DNA of 64,000 nt from Candidatus Kapaibacterium sp. (GCA_016788785.1 JAEUSM010000015.1:45253-109252), one strand, 5' to 3'. Shown: positions 1 through 10,398, counted from the first letter of the stretch. The notes: a model not told the origin generated them from the letters alone. Translations and numbers: made by a program.

Positions 1-2908
1 TTCCATCAACGTATGTTTGAAGAACTTTAGAATAATTTGAAAGTGGATTCCCATTCCAAAGAACGATATCTGCATCTTTTCCAACTGCAATCGAACCTGT
101 CTTTTTCTCTACAAGCATTTGCTTAGCTGGATTGATAGTAATGAATTTCAACGCGTCTATTTCTGTAACATCGCCGTATTTAACTGATTTAGCAGCCTCA
201 TGATTAAGTCGACGTGCCATTTCTGCATCATCGCTATTGATAGAAACCAAAACATTCTGTTCATTCATTATTCCTGCATTTTCAGGAATGGCATCAAACA
301 CCTCAAATTTATATGCCCACCAATCAGCAAAGGTTGACGCTCCAACGCCATGTTTTGCCATTTCAGATGCAAGTTTATATCCTTCCAATATGTGTGTGAA
401 GGTTTGAACTTTGAACCCATATTCTTCACACAACCGCATGAGCATTAATATTTCGGATTGTACATACGAATGACAATGAATTTTTCGAATTCCCTTAACA
501 ATTTCCAACAGTGCATCCAATTGAATGTCTCGTCTTGGAGGTAGTTTTGAAGATTTGACAGCTGTAGAGGCGGTATCATAGCCTTTCATAGCTGCTTCGT
601 ATTCTAATGCTGCAGTGAAACCATCTCGCATAATTTCCTCTACACCCATGCGAGTTTGAGGATATCGAGTTACATTGTTATCGCCCCAATTGGACTGCTT
701 AACATTCTCACCAAGTGCAAATTTTACAGTTCCAGGAGCTTCTGTAAATCTAAGTCCATCTGCATTTGCACCCCAACGAAGTTTTATATACTGCAATTGA
801 CCACCCATAGAATTTGCAGAACCATGTAACAAATGAGAAGAAGTAACCCCACCAGCCAATTGACGATAAATATTGACATCATCAGGATTTAATACATCTC
901 CTATTCGAACTTCTGTTGTAATAGAATGCGTTCCTTCATTCACACCCTGCGAAATTGCAATATGAGAATGTTCATCTATGATTCCAGGAGTGATAACAAA
1001 ATTAGTACAATCAATGATAGTATCTGCAACTGTAGAGTTTCCACTTTTCCCTATAGAAGATATTTTGCCATTTGAAATCATAAGATCAGTATTTTTCAAA
1101 ATACCATCAACATCGGAAGTCCAAATGGTTGCATTTTTGAAAAGGACAGATTTTTTGGTTGGTATCGATTCAAAGCCAAACGGCTCTTCTGGAGTAAGTA
1201 AGGCAATTTCTATTTTTTGTAATTCTGGAGTTTTTACATTTTTCTTCTCGGAATTTGCACTATCAAATGTACATACCCATTTGAAGGAATTACCATCTCC
1301 AGTTTCTGCAATACCATGAGGATATTTTGCAAAGTTTTTACTTTCAAATCTTGTAACACCCTCGTAACCTAATGAATCAGTCACGATAGTAAAGTAGGTT
1401 CCAAAATCAGAATGTTTGATTGTTGATGGAAGGCTAATTCCTAATGCTTTCACAGAGATAGTAGGTGCATCTTTTTTTCCGGTAATTTCTATTTGAAGCA
1501 TTGGGAAGGAAGAATTTTCAGCTTTTAAAGTCCAATAACCTCGAATATCTTGAATGCCATCTTTTATAAAGGTACTTTCTTGACCTTGAACAATGGAGCG
1601 TTCAATTTCAGTTGTATCACTAAATATATTTCCAGAAGCTACAAAGAAATTGGCAATTTTACCAGCTTCAAGTGTTCCAACATGTTTGTCAATTTGTAAA
1701 AGTTTTGCAGGACGAATTGTTAAAGCATCAAATGCGATGTTTTCTGGCAATCCATGAGCAATTGCTTTCCGAATATTTGGTAAGTAGTCTTTTTTGTTTT
1801 TTAACGAATAGGAAGTAAAACAGAAATTGATACCTGAAGTGTCCAACAGATATGGATTGAAAGGAGCAAAATACCAGTACCGTAATGTGCCGTAGGAAAT
1901 ATCAGTTCTTGTAGATAATGACGTTACATCGGGTACAGGTGGAAAATTTACAGGTAGGAGTAAGGTGGGTTGAATTTTCTTTACATCTTCCAATCTTCTG
2001 TATTCTAATCCAGAACCAACATACATAGCTGGCAAGGAAAATTCCTTTGCAATTTTTTCAGCTCTGAAAAGATTCAATTCATTTTGAGTATCAAAAATAA
2101 ACGGGTTTTTTTTCTCTAATGATTCTGCCAATGCTTGCAATGAAACATTTCGTTCCATAACAATTGCGGGAGAGTTTTTTTGCACTTCGGTTGCTTTTTT
2201 GTACCAATCTGCATCGTAGAACGCTTGACGCAAAAGAGCAATTCCTCCCATAAGAGAACTTGGATATGGAGTTGTAGAGCTTCCTTTATCAAAGGCAATA
2301 AATTGTCCGAAATTTTCTGATAAAATTACGTCTTTTGTCGTTGATGCATTAGGCAATACTACAACTCCAGAACCTCTCATCATTTTATCGTTTGATGCCA
2401 TTAAAACTGTTCCAACACCGATTTCTTGCCATTCTTTGGCAAATTTACTATCAAAACTGGTTGGCAATTCATCAATCATTCTATTTTCAGGATAAATAGC
2501 TTCGTTCCAATGTCTTGTTCCAGCAACGGAAAGTTTATCTTTAGTAGGAGCATTACGATACGAGCCTCGTGAACTTACACCTTTTTGAATTCCATAAGGT
2601 TCAATAAATGATGGATATGCCCATTTGCCGAATAGCGACACTTCTACTGCTCCTTTAGGGACAATATTCGATTCACTTATTGATTCGATGATACCATTTT
2701 TTACGACAATCATTCCATTTGGAATTACCTTATTCGATGAAACAACAATCCTCAGATTGGTATAGGCAACATATTTATGAGATTTCGTACGAATACCTTC
2801 TTCAGGTTTCGTAGATATAGGTTGAGAATTGAGTGAAATCGTTGAAATTAATGCAATAACACAACCAAGTAAAACTTGTTCACAAACATATTGAAAATTG
2901 AGTTTCAT
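1..2908 (-). CDS. Secreted amidohydrolase-family protein, partial (C-terminus lies beyond the window start)
   Basis: Long minus-strand reading frame that is open to the window edge. ATG at 2908..2906, N-terminus MKLNFQYVCEQVLLGCVIALISTISLNSQ is signal-peptide-like. Internal IDEHSHIA (HxH metal site) and overall amidohydrolase-like composition. Absent from the ORF track only because no stop lies in the window. Confidence 0.65.
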   Translation of the reverse strand, partial: MKLNFQYVCEQVLLGCVIALISTISLNSQPISTKPEEGIRTKSHKYVAYTNLRIVVSSNKVIPNGMIVVKNGIIESISESNIVPKGAVEVSLFGKWAYPSFIEPYGIQKGVSSRGSYRNAPTKDKLSVAGTRHWNEAIYPENRMIDELPTSFDSKFAKEWQEIGVGTVLMASNDKMMRGSGVVVLPNASTTKDVILSENFGQFIAFDKGSSTTPYPSSLMGGIALLRQAFYDADWYKKATEVQKNSPAIVMERNVSLQALAESLEKKNPFIFDTQNELNLFRAEKIAKEFSLPAMYVGSGLEYRRLEDVKKIQPTLLLPVNFPPVPDVTSLSTRTDISYGTLRYWYFAPFNPYLLDTSGINFCFTSYSLKNKKDYLPNIRKAIAHGLPENIAFDALTIRPAKLLQIDKHVGTLEAGKIANFFVASGNIFSDTTEIERSIVQGQESTFIKDGIQDIRGYWTLKAENSSFPMLQIEITGKKDAPTISVKALGISLPSTIKHSDFGTYFTIVTDSLGYEGVTRFESKNFAKYPHGIAETGDGNSFKWVCTFDSANSEKKNVKTPELQKIEIALLTPEEPFGFESIPTKKSVLFKNATIWTSDVDGILKNTDLMISNGKISSIGKSGNSTVADTIIDCTNFVITPGIIDEHSHIAISQGVNEGTHSITTEVRIGDVLNPDDVNIYRQLAGGVTSSHLLHGSANSMGGQLQYIKLRWGANADGLRFTEAPGTVKFALGENVKQSNWGDNNVTRYPQTRMGVEEIMRDGFTAALEYEAAMKGYDTASTAVKSSKLPPRRDIQLDALLEIVKGIRKIHCHSYVQSEILMLMRLCEEYGFKVQTFTHILEGYKLASEMAKHGVGASTFADWWAYKFEVFDAIPENAGIMNEQNVLVSINSDDAEMARRLNHEAAKSVKYGDVTEIDALKFITINPAKQMLVEKKTGSIAVGKDADIVLWNGNPLSNYSKVLQTYVDG

Positions 2909-2919
2909 TCTTTCTTTCA

Positions 2920-3411
2920 TCAAAAATCTTTCATTATATCTCTTGCTAACACACCTTTTTTAGGAATATAAATTGATGTATTTTTGAGAGTTTTTTTCGG
3001 TAAATTCACACCAAAAACATCACCAGAAAACGCTCTGTATAAATAACCATTCGGAACATAGCGAAGTTTTGAAATGTTTGGTGCTAATTTGGGAAATTGG
3101 TTTTGTATTGTTAGTTTTGCTTCGTCAGTTAATGAGGCTGTATCTTGAATTCTGTAGAAATGAACAACGGCAATTGTAAATTTGTTTGGCGAATGATGCT
3201 TTTCTAAAAATTCATCTCCAATTTTCATCATCGCAATTGTATCTAAGGTTTTCACTTCAACAAAAGCAAAAACAGTTGTTCTTGGTCCTTTGTGACTTAT
3301 GATGGAATCAACGATATGATATTCTTTTTCTGTTATGAGAACCAAAAAAACAATACACCCTCCGATGACAACAAATAATGTTACAAGAATACCAATGACA
3401 ATTCTGCCCAT
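2920..3411 (-). CDS. Hypothetical N-terminally membrane-anchored protein (163 aa)
   Basis: ORF with hydrophobic N-terminal segment IVIGILVTLFVVIGGCIVFLVLI. Its stop lies 11 nt upstream of the amidohydrolase start, so the two are probably cotranscribed. Confidence 0.45.
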   Translation of the reverse strand: MGRIVIGILVTLFVVIGGCIVFLVLITEKEYHIVDSIISHKGPRTTVFAFVEVKTLDTIAMMKIGDEFLEKHHSPNKFTIAVVHFYRIQDTASLTDEAKLTIQNQFPKLAPNISKLRYVPNGYLYRAFSGDVFGVNLPKKTLKNTSIYIPKKGVLARDIMKDF

Positions 3412-3507
3412 AAACTTTCGATATTATTACAAAACCAATTACAAATATAGAACAAAAATTTCTTTTCGAGAACCAAATCTTATCCATTTTCCATTGTAAA
3501 CTTACTA

Positions 3508-4341
3508 ATGACAAATTTTTTATCAAATTACTTTCCTAAAAAAACAAAACCCATATTGATGGGTATTATCAATTGTACTCCCGATTCTTTTTCCGATGGA
3601 GGATTGTTTCAACTTAAAGAACATGCGGTAAATCAGGCTTTACGATTACTCGATGAGGGTGCAGACATCATTGATATTGGTGGAGAAAGCACTCGACCTG
3701 GTTCAGATTCCGTATCTATGGAAGATGAGTTATCTAGAACTATTCCAGTTATAAAATCACTGGTCTCACAACGACCTGGAGTGAAAATATCCATCGATAC
3801 AACAAAAGCAATCGTTGCCAAACATGCTTTAGACAATGGTGCTTTTATGGTGAATGATGTTTCAGCAATCTCTCATGAAGAGGAACAAATGTCAAGTATT
3901 TTGAGAGAATATAAACCGGTTGTCTCTTTGATGCATATGAAAGGCAAACCAAAGACTATGCAAACAAACCCTACATATGATAATGTTGTAAAGGAAGTGT
4001 TTTCATATTTACAACAACGTATCTTGTTTGTTCAATCATTAGGCTGTAATGAAATAATAGCGGATGTTGGAATCGGATTTGGAAAAACCTTAGAACATAA
4101 TCTTACGTTGCTTAAACATATAAATACATTTACAAAATTAGATGTTCCATTACTTTTGGGTATATCTCGTAAAAGGTTTTTAGGAATGCTAACGGGAATT
4201 GAAGACGCTTCTAAACGAGACATTGCAACCCTTATTACTCACACATTACTGTTGAAAAATGATATTGCTGTTATTAGAACACACAGTATTGAACCTTTCG
4301 TGCAAATGAAAAAAATATCGGAAGCATTGGAAAATTGCTAA
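3508..4341 (+). CDS. folP: Dihydropteroate synthase
   Basis: GIINCTPDSFSDGG pterin-binding signature, GADIIDIGGESTRPG, length about 277 aa. Confidence 0.9.
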   Translation: MTNFLSNYFPKKTKPILMGIINCTPDSFSDGGLFQLKEHAVNQALRLLDEGADIIDIGGESTRPGSDSVSMEDELSRTIPVIKSLVSQRPGVKISIDTTKAIVAKHALDNGAFMVNDVSAISHEEEQMSSILREYKPVVSLMHMKGKPKTMQTNPTYDNVVKEVFSYLQQRILFVQSLGCNEIIADVGIGFGKTLEHNLTLLKHINTFTKLDVPLLLGISRKRFLGMLTGIEDASKRDIATLITHTLLLKNDIAVIRTHSIEPFVQMKKISEALENC

Positions 4342-4382
4342 TTGATTACACCAAGATTATAAGAATTATAGTATATTTGACT

Positions 4383-4946
4383 ATGAGAAATACATTATTA
4401 CTACTCGCGGTAGGTATAGTATTCACTATAGCACCACAATTTTGTTTCACACAACAGTCACCTCTCTTTGTAGGTGCAGGAGTCACCTACACTGCTCCCC
4501 AAACTGATGCATTTTCCGATGCGAACGAAGCTTCGTTCGGAGGGACAGTTTTTTTAGGTACAAGAAAATATTGTTCATTGTGGGCTGGAGTACGTTTGGA
4601 TTATACTCAATGGCAGAAAAAAACAGAAAATACTGTGTTGTTTTATGAAGAAATGATAACTATTTCCCCTGAGTTTCGGTATTTCCCAGCACAAGCTCAT
4701 GAATTCCCATTATATTTACAAGGGTTATTGAGTTTTAATTCTACTTCTGGAACAGACCAACTTAATACATTAGGTTTGGGAGGTGGTGCAGGAATTGGAT
4801 TTATCATTCCTTATGAAAATAATTGTACACCTTGGTTTTTTGATATCAATGCACGATATATGGCTCCAAATTTCATCCTTAAAACTGACAATAGACCTGT
4901 CTTGAACCACTTGAATGTTTCTCTAACTTTTAATTTAGGGCTGTAA
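4383..4946 (+). CDS. Small outer-membrane beta-barrel-like protein (start moved to the internal Met)
   Basis: Signal peptide MRNTLLLLAVGIVFTIAPQ, alternating-hydrophobic strands, C-terminus ...LTFNLGL. The ATG at 4383 sits after the ORF's N-terminal extension that overlaps folP. Confidence 0.5.
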   Translation: MRNTLLLLAVGIVFTIAPQFCFTQQSPLFVGAGVTYTAPQTDAFSDANEASFGGTVFLGTRKYCSLWAGVRLDYTQWQKKTENTVLFYEEMITISPEFRYFPAQAHEFPLYLQGLLSFNSTSGTDQLNTLGLGGGAGIGFIIPYENNCTPWFFDINARYMAPNFILKTDNRPVLNHLNVSLTFNLGL

Positions 4947-4947
4947 A

Positions 4948-6072
4948 ATGAGAAATATTCGTTACTTGATATCTTTAGTTTCTATATTGTGTGTACTACT
5001 AATTTTTACTGGTTGTTCTTCTATACAACGTTTTGACGATGCTGTAAGAATTAAGCAAGAACACCAAAATAAATATGAGGCGAAAAGTGGTCAATCAGTT
5101 CAAGACGGTCGTACATTAAAAGGAACTGTCGTTGAGATTGTTATTATTCCAAGAAAGAATTTTCCTGGTTTTTCTGACACTATCGTTGTCTTTTTACCAA
5201 ATGGATTGAAAGATGATAAAGAAAATTACCAAAAAATCCCATTCAACGAAATAGATAGAGTTGCTCAACTTACTATTACCGAGAATAAATTTGGTAATAT
5301 CAATGTGTTTGAAAATTATAATACTACTGAAGGTATAAGACAATTACGGTCAGTTCCTGTTAAAAATCTTAATTTTAATGAATGTGATTGTTTACCGTTA
5401 GATTTGGATTTATCTATCGATTTACCCGGATTCAAATGTCCTGATCGTCAATATGCACCATTTTTCCTTGAGGCAAGAGGTGTAGCTTCAGCATATTCAC
5501 TTACAACTCGAGTTTCATCAGAATCCAATATTGGTTATGGTCTCGAGGCAGCAGCTGGAATTAGGTTTGGTGGAATGAATGAATGGGGAGTTGGTCTTGC
5601 GTATAGCACTCCAATTATCTCAAAAAATTCCTTCACAGGTGCCGGACTGAATCCTCAACCAATTCTATTACACATTCGGTACCAAATGTCAAAAAATGTT
5701 GTGAATCTTCTTGGCATTTGTATGAAACCATTTGCTTATGGTCAGATTGGAGCAACATTTGACGATGTTTCATTGAATCTTTTTAAGTTGAATTTTGCAC
5801 CAAGTAATTGTAGTTCTTGCAATCAATTAGTACAAGATTTACAAGCAAGTGGTCAATTACCCGAAGTTGATTTTTCGTTGCCGATTAGTTTTGGAACTGG
5901 TGTTGGAGTTGAAATACCATTGGCTGAGTCTTTAGACTTAGGTGTTGACTTAGGATGGCGTTCTTTGGCATATGGTGAATTGGTGCCATCGTCAATTGTC
6001 GCAGGTTTCACAAATGTCCCAAGCATGGGCAGAATTAATACATTCAGATTACGGTTTGGGCTTACTTTCTAA
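4948..6072 (+). CDS. Lipoprotein with beta-barrel-like C-terminal half (374 aa)
   Basis: Lipobox LLIFTGCSS. C-terminal half is Gly/aromatic-rich with alternating strands and ends RLRFGLTF. Start is 2 nt after the upstream stop. Confidence 0.5.
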   Translation: MRNIRYLISLVSILCVLLIFTGCSSIQRFDDAVRIKQEHQNKYEAKSGQSVQDGRTLKGTVVEIVIIPRKNFPGFSDTIVVFLPNGLKDDKENYQKIPFNEIDRVAQLTITENKFGNINVFENYNTTEGIRQLRSVPVKNLNFNECDCLPLDLDLSIDLPGFKCPDRQYAPFFLEARGVASAYSLTTRVSSESNIGYGLEAAAGIRFGGMNEWGVGLAYSTPIISKNSFTGAGLNPQPILLHIRYQMSKNVVNLLGICMKPFAYGQIGATFDDVSLNLFKLNFAPSNCSSCNQLVQDLQASGQLPEVDFSLPISFGTGVGVEIPLAESLDLGVDLGWRSLAYGELVPSSIVAGFTNVPSMGRINTFRLRFGLTF

Positions 6073-6085
6073 CGAATAACAAGGT

Positions 6086-6961
6086 TTGATTATGAAAAAT
6101 ATAATGTTTCTTTTGGTAGTATTCTCTCTTGTACTCTCATCTTGCGATTGTCCTGAGTTCAATTCAGGTGCAAATGTCAATCCAAGCGTTCGAGAGGCTA
6201 CCGTTACGGAATTTAATCCATCAACCTTAGCGGATTCAACTCCAGTACCTTCATATTCAATTGCGAATTTTCGTTTTCCAACTTCAACATCCAGCTCAGG
6301 TGATTTGCCAACAGATACTCGGGTTTCCAATGGTAGATTCTTCATCTTAGCTGAACGGACTTTTCAAGCGAATAATAGAACATATACAGCAATAAGAACA
6401 ACACAATCATTACCAAACGATTCACTCATTGGTGATATGCAAGTTGTTTCAGTGAATATTCCAGCAACTCCGGGTCAACCTCGGACAGCAGTTGTCAGAT
6501 TATGGGGAGGATTAGCATCGATAGGAAAAACCTTTAATTCTGCATCAGCAACGGATTTTGTGAATTATTTACGTGGTTTTTTGAACCCTCCTGCCCCAGA
6601 CCCTAATGCCAAATGGCCAGATAATTGGGATTCGGATGCTACTGCAAATAAAGGTGGTGCAATTGTTAATGGTGTGAATCAATCTAATGTAAATCCTCCG
6701 TTTACTGACATAATATTGGATGAAAATGGAAATAACGTTACCGGAGTAGTTACTATTCCTCCAACACTTTTTGATGATGTGACATTAGGATACCGAGATG
6801 TAACGGTAACTATTGGTGATGTATACTATTATACTGCTCGAAATGGTTCTAAATTCGCTATTCTTATAGAAGATATTTCGTTTGGTTCATTAGCTCCAAA
6901 TTTGAATCGAGTAACAATCAAATTTGCAGATTTGAATGGTCCAACATGTTTGCCTAATTAA
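6086..6961 (+). CDS. Hypothetical lipoprotein (291 aa)
   Basis: Signal plus lipobox LVLSSCDC. No recognisable catalytic motif. Confidence 0.45.
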   Translation: MIMKNIMFLLVVFSLVLSSCDCPEFNSGANVNPSVREATVTEFNPSTLADSTPVPSYSIANFRFPTSTSSSGDLPTDTRVSNGRFFILAERTFQANNRTYTAIRTTQSLPNDSLIGDMQVVSVNIPATPGQPRTAVVRLWGGLASIGKTFNSASATDFVNYLRGFLNPPAPDPNAKWPDNWDSDATANKGGAIVNGVNQSNVNPPFTDIILDENGNNVTGVVTIPPTLFDDVTLGYRDVTVTIGDVYYYTARNGSKFAILIEDISFGSLAPNLNRVTIKFADLNGPTCLPN

Positions 6962-6981
6962 ATTGACCTAACAATACATTT

Positions 6982-9717
6982 ATGAAAATTCAATCCATAG
7001 CTTCGATTCTTTTTGTTTCCTTTGTTACTTTGATTATTTCAAGTTGCAATGTTCAAAAGAAATCAACCATTCCTCCGGGAAATGTTACTGAAGTAAATTC
7101 ATCAAAAAATGATTTTGCTCCTGTATTTTTCCCTGCAACTATGGATTCGTTATTGTATGTAACTTCAAGTGTAAAAGGTTTGGAAGTTCTAAAAAAATTC
7201 ACAAAAAATCAAGGGAAATTCGAAAAAGTTGAAAATGCAAATTCATCGTTTGTCCATTCAATTTATGACAATGTGCATTCCAATGATGGAACAATTGCCT
7301 TTTTCCCTAATTCTTCGAATGAACCGCTGACAACAAAACGTGGATTTATTGCTTCAACATTCGATTTGTATTCACGATTTCCAAATCAGAATAAATCGAA
7401 ATACGGTAAAAATGAATATCATATCGGTGGAACTGATTTGTATCAATTTGTAGAAGATGATGGACAATTGTCTATTGCAAATTTTGGGTCACCATTAAAT
7501 TCAGAATTTTGGGATTCCCATCCGACAGTTGCAAAAAGCGGTGATACAATGTTTGTGGTTTTTGCATCGGACAGACCTTCGAATGGGTACGGATTTTCCT
7601 CTCCGTTTGCCAAAATAATCGAAAAAGACTCAATGATTGTAAATACCAAAGGAAATTCTGATTTATATTACGCATTTGGTGTTAATGGAGTTTGGACAGT
7701 AAAGAATTTCTCACAAGTAATTGGAAATCAGAAAGTTAATAGTGATTCAAACGAATACTCACCATTTTTGTATTGTGTTCAAAACAAATTCTGCTCAAAT
7801 GCTCAACCTGCAACATTGTTATTCTCTTCAAAAGTTGGCGGAGATTATCAAATTTATGATGCTGATATAGTTATTGATTATTCTAGACAACAAGTAATTG
7901 TTGATAACATTAATGTTCTAGAATCTCCTATAAATTCATCTGCAGATGATTATTTCCCAACAGTACCATTGCCTCATACATCTTCAGCAAACGAGCTGTA
8001 CTTTTCTTCAGATAGATTTTCTGCAAGAGGAGGTCAATACGAAAATGCAGGTGGATTTGATATTTATAAATTCCCATTCACTAAACCCTGTCGAGCACCG
8101 CAAATTCAATATTCCATTGTATTTGTAGACGAAACCAATCCTTCGCAAGAACCCTTGGGTCCTTTTGAAGTTACTCTCAAAGATGCAAATGGTAAGATAT
8201 TACAAACAAATTCTACTAATCCATCTTCATTTACCATTGAATGTGGGACACGTTATACCGTTCAAGCCAGATCATTACACGATAAAATTGAATGCAAACC
8301 TGAATCTCGTACAATTAGTCATTATGCCTCAAAAAAAATAGTTGATGGAGCTCCAATTATTTCAACTCGTGAAATTGTTCGTAGCTTTGATAGTATCATC
8401 GGAGGAACGTCCAAATTCTCATATGATTCTACTTTTATAGTGAAAAAATTCTCAATAAAAGAACAACATAAATATCTGAGAAATCCAGAAACAATTGTTT
8501 ATTCAATTTCTGTTGAAAATGATTCTGTTGTCGTAAAAGAGGTTGAGGTTTCCAAAAAAACAACTATCGTTGGTGGAAAACTCCAAAAGTTTACTCGCAA
8601 AGAAACTGTAATTGATTCAATTCCAACAAAAGATACCCTACTAATACCGCTCTATAAAGAACCGATATATTCAAATTTATCAATGAAAAAGGGGTATTTT
8701 GAATTATATCCATCTCATGATACTACCATTGTAGATACGGTGTATTTACTACCACAATACTATAATTTTCCTCCATGTAAATGGGAATTTAGTAGAAACA
8801 TTATTGATGAATATCGCAGAAATGTTCCTTATTTCCAAACGGGTTTTTGGGAAGTCAATACGCTGAAAAACTTTAACACACATAAAAAGTTATTAGCATC
8901 AAAAGAATTTGATAATGCCTCATTTATAGAATTGCATAATGAGAACAAGTACTTTGGTGTCAAAGGCGTTCCTCAGAATCTGAAAATGAGTCGTTCCGCG
9001 AAAAGAGAACGTCGTTGGAAAGAGTATAATGACTTTGCAAAAGCAGTAGATCAGAATCTTAATGAAATGGTTGGCGAGCTTGCAAATAATATCATTCCGT
9101 TGTATTTGGATATCAAACAAAGAACTCCGGGTGGTTCTAAAGAAAAACTCATTATTCAAATTCAAGCATATTCAGATAGAAGACCTATTGAAAAAGGCAC
9201 CTATATTGGTGAAAACGTTTCGTTTACTGAAGGTGAATACAATTCTGCAGATAAAACGTTTGCAATTAAGAATATCAAAATAGAAAATGGTGCTACCTTA
9301 GTTGGAGAGAGCAATGAAGTTCTTTCTCAATTACGAGTATATAACGGTTATAAAGAGGTTCTTTCTCGACTTATTGGATCAGAAAAATATACCTATATCA
9401 ATCAACTTCATAAAGAAGGTAAACTCTTGCTTCCTGACGATGTATCTTCACAATCAGAATTTGAAAAAAAATTGGAAAAAGCTGAAATTGTCATTGTTGC
9501 AAAAGGAAAATATTTCGATGAGAATGTTGTTTCTACTGTCAAAGGATATGTTGGAAAAGATGGCGATTTTAGAACCTATGATGACGTTCGTAGAGTAGAT
9601 CTTCGAGTAGATAGAATAGAAATAGTAGGTGGTAAAATCATAAAAACGAACTGTTGCGTTGAAACTCCACTGCCATTTGTTGATCCACAAAAACCACAAT
9701 TTTCTCCAATCAAGTAA
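6982..9717 (+). CDS. Large lipoprotein with PD40/TolB-like beta-propeller repeats and a possible OmpA-like C-terminal region (911 aa)
   Basis: Lipobox LIISSCNV. PD40-like repeat motifs TMFVVFASDRPSNGYGFSSPF and ELYFSSDRFSARGGQYENAGGFDIYKF. The C-terminal segment IQAYSDRRPI...NEVLSQLRVYNGYKEVLSRL weakly resembles an OmpA/MotB-type domain. Confidence 0.5.
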   Translation: MKIQSIASILFVSFVTLIISSCNVQKKSTIPPGNVTEVNSSKNDFAPVFFPATMDSLLYVTSSVKGLEVLKKFTKNQGKFEKVENANSSFVHSIYDNVHSNDGTIAFFPNSSNEPLTTKRGFIASTFDLYSRFPNQNKSKYGKNEYHIGGTDLYQFVEDDGQLSIANFGSPLNSEFWDSHPTVAKSGDTMFVVFASDRPSNGYGFSSPFAKIIEKDSMIVNTKGNSDLYYAFGVNGVWTVKNFSQVIGNQKVNSDSNEYSPFLYCVQNKFCSNAQPATLLFSSKVGGDYQIYDADIVIDYSRQQVIVDNINVLESPINSSADDYFPTVPLPHTSSANELYFSSDRFSARGGQYENAGGFDIYKFPFTKPCRAPQIQYSIVFVDETNPSQEPLGPFEVTLKDANGKILQTNSTNPSSFTIECGTRYTVQARSLHDKIECKPESRTISHYASKKIVDGAPIISTREIVRSFDSIIGGTSKFSYDSTFIVKKFSIKEQHKYLRNPETIVYSISVENDSVVVKEVEVSKKTTIVGGKLQKFTRKETVIDSIPTKDTLLIPLYKEPIYSNLSMKKGYFELYPSHDTTIVDTVYLLPQYYNFPPCKWEFSRNIIDEYRRNVPYFQTGFWEVNTLKNFNTHKKLLASKEFDNASFIELHNENKYFGVKGVPQNLKMSRSAKRERRWKEYNDFAKAVDQNLNEMVGELANNIIPLYLDIKQRTPGGSKEKLIIQIQAYSDRRPIEKGTYIGENVSFTEGEYNSADKTFAIKNIKIENGATLVGESNEVLSQLRVYNGYKEVLSRLIGSEKYTYINQLHKEGKLLLPDDVSSQSEFEKKLEKAEIVIVAKGKYFDENVVSTVKGYVGKDGDFRTYDDVRRVDLRVDRIEIVGGKIIKTNCCVETPLPFVDPQKPQFSPIK

Positions 9718-9828
9718 AAGATATTTTATATACTTAACGAAAAATGTTAAGAATTTTTGACTGATTTAATGAAAATTATGTTTCTTTGAAAATAGTTGAA
9801 ACTAATCAATTCTTATATCCAACGAACA

Positions 9829-9946
9829 GCAAATAGTAATCTGAGGCATACGCAGAAACTAAAGGATTGATTATCAGCAAATAATTCCTTTCAAACCACA
9901 AAAAAGAACGCTACTCCATTCATTTGAAGTAGCTTTCTTTTTTTGT
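9829..9946 (+). pseudogene. Orphan relic of the 3' end plus terminator of a T9SS-cargo paralog gene
   Basis: About 88% nucleotide identity to the last roughly 50 nt of the 13233..17546 gene and its terminator: ...ggcatacgcagaaactaaaggattgattatcagcaaataa then hairpin gctactccattcatttgaagtagc and a T-run. The frame is broken upstream (tag/taa) and there is no upstream ORF. Confidence 0.6.
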
Positions 9947-9970
9947 AAGAAAATATGTTCAAAAAAAGCT

Positions 9971-10390
9971 TTATGCGTTTAGTCGTATTGGTAAAGAATG
10001 CTTTTTGTTTTCATGATTGTTGCGAACTGTATCACCAATTGGTGTTGGTGTTCCATCATCATCTATACGAACAAAGGTTATTGAAGTAACACACACTACC
10101 ACTTCTTCAGTACTATAAAGACTATAGCGACGGACTTCAATCGTTAAAGTTATGGACGTTGTTCCTAATTGAACAACTTTACCATATATACGAACGTGTT
10201 GCCCAGAACGTAATGGTTTTTTGAAGATTAATTCTCCAACCTTGACTGTCACCATGTTAGGTGTGTGGCAATATTCTGTGGCAAATGAACCAGCAGCTTC
10301 ATCAATCCAAGACATCAGTGTGCCACCAAACAAATTACCATGAACACCGATATCACGTTGCATCACAATTTTTTTACTTAGTATTTCCAT
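9971..10390 (-). CDS. Hotdog-fold acyl-CoA thioesterase (YciA-like)
   Basis: HGNLFGGTLMSWIDEAAG hotdog thioesterase signature, about 139 aa. Sits immediately downstream of hom on the same strand. Confidence 0.75.
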   Translation of the reverse strand: MEILSKKIVMQRDIGVHGNLFGGTLMSWIDEAAGSFATEYCHTPNMVTVKVGELIFKKPLRSGQHVRIYGKVVQLGTTSITLTIEVRRYSLYSTEEVVVCVTSITFVRIDDDGTPTPIGDTVRNNHENKKHSLPIRLNA

Positions 10391-10398
10391 TTCTTTCG

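Noticed and set aside
978-3526. Tracked ORFs 978..1319 (+), 2116..2298 (-) and 3308..3526 (-).
   Set aside because: They lie antisense to or out of frame within the long amidohydrolase frame, or overlap better-supported genes. They have no motifs and are judged spurious.
9829-9946. The relic as a diversity-generating retroelement template repeat (TR) for the paralog 3' ends.
   Set aside because: No reverse transcriptase gene is present in the window. The mismatches to the paralog are not adenine-specific. The relic includes the stop codon and terminator, which fits a gene remnant rather than a TR.
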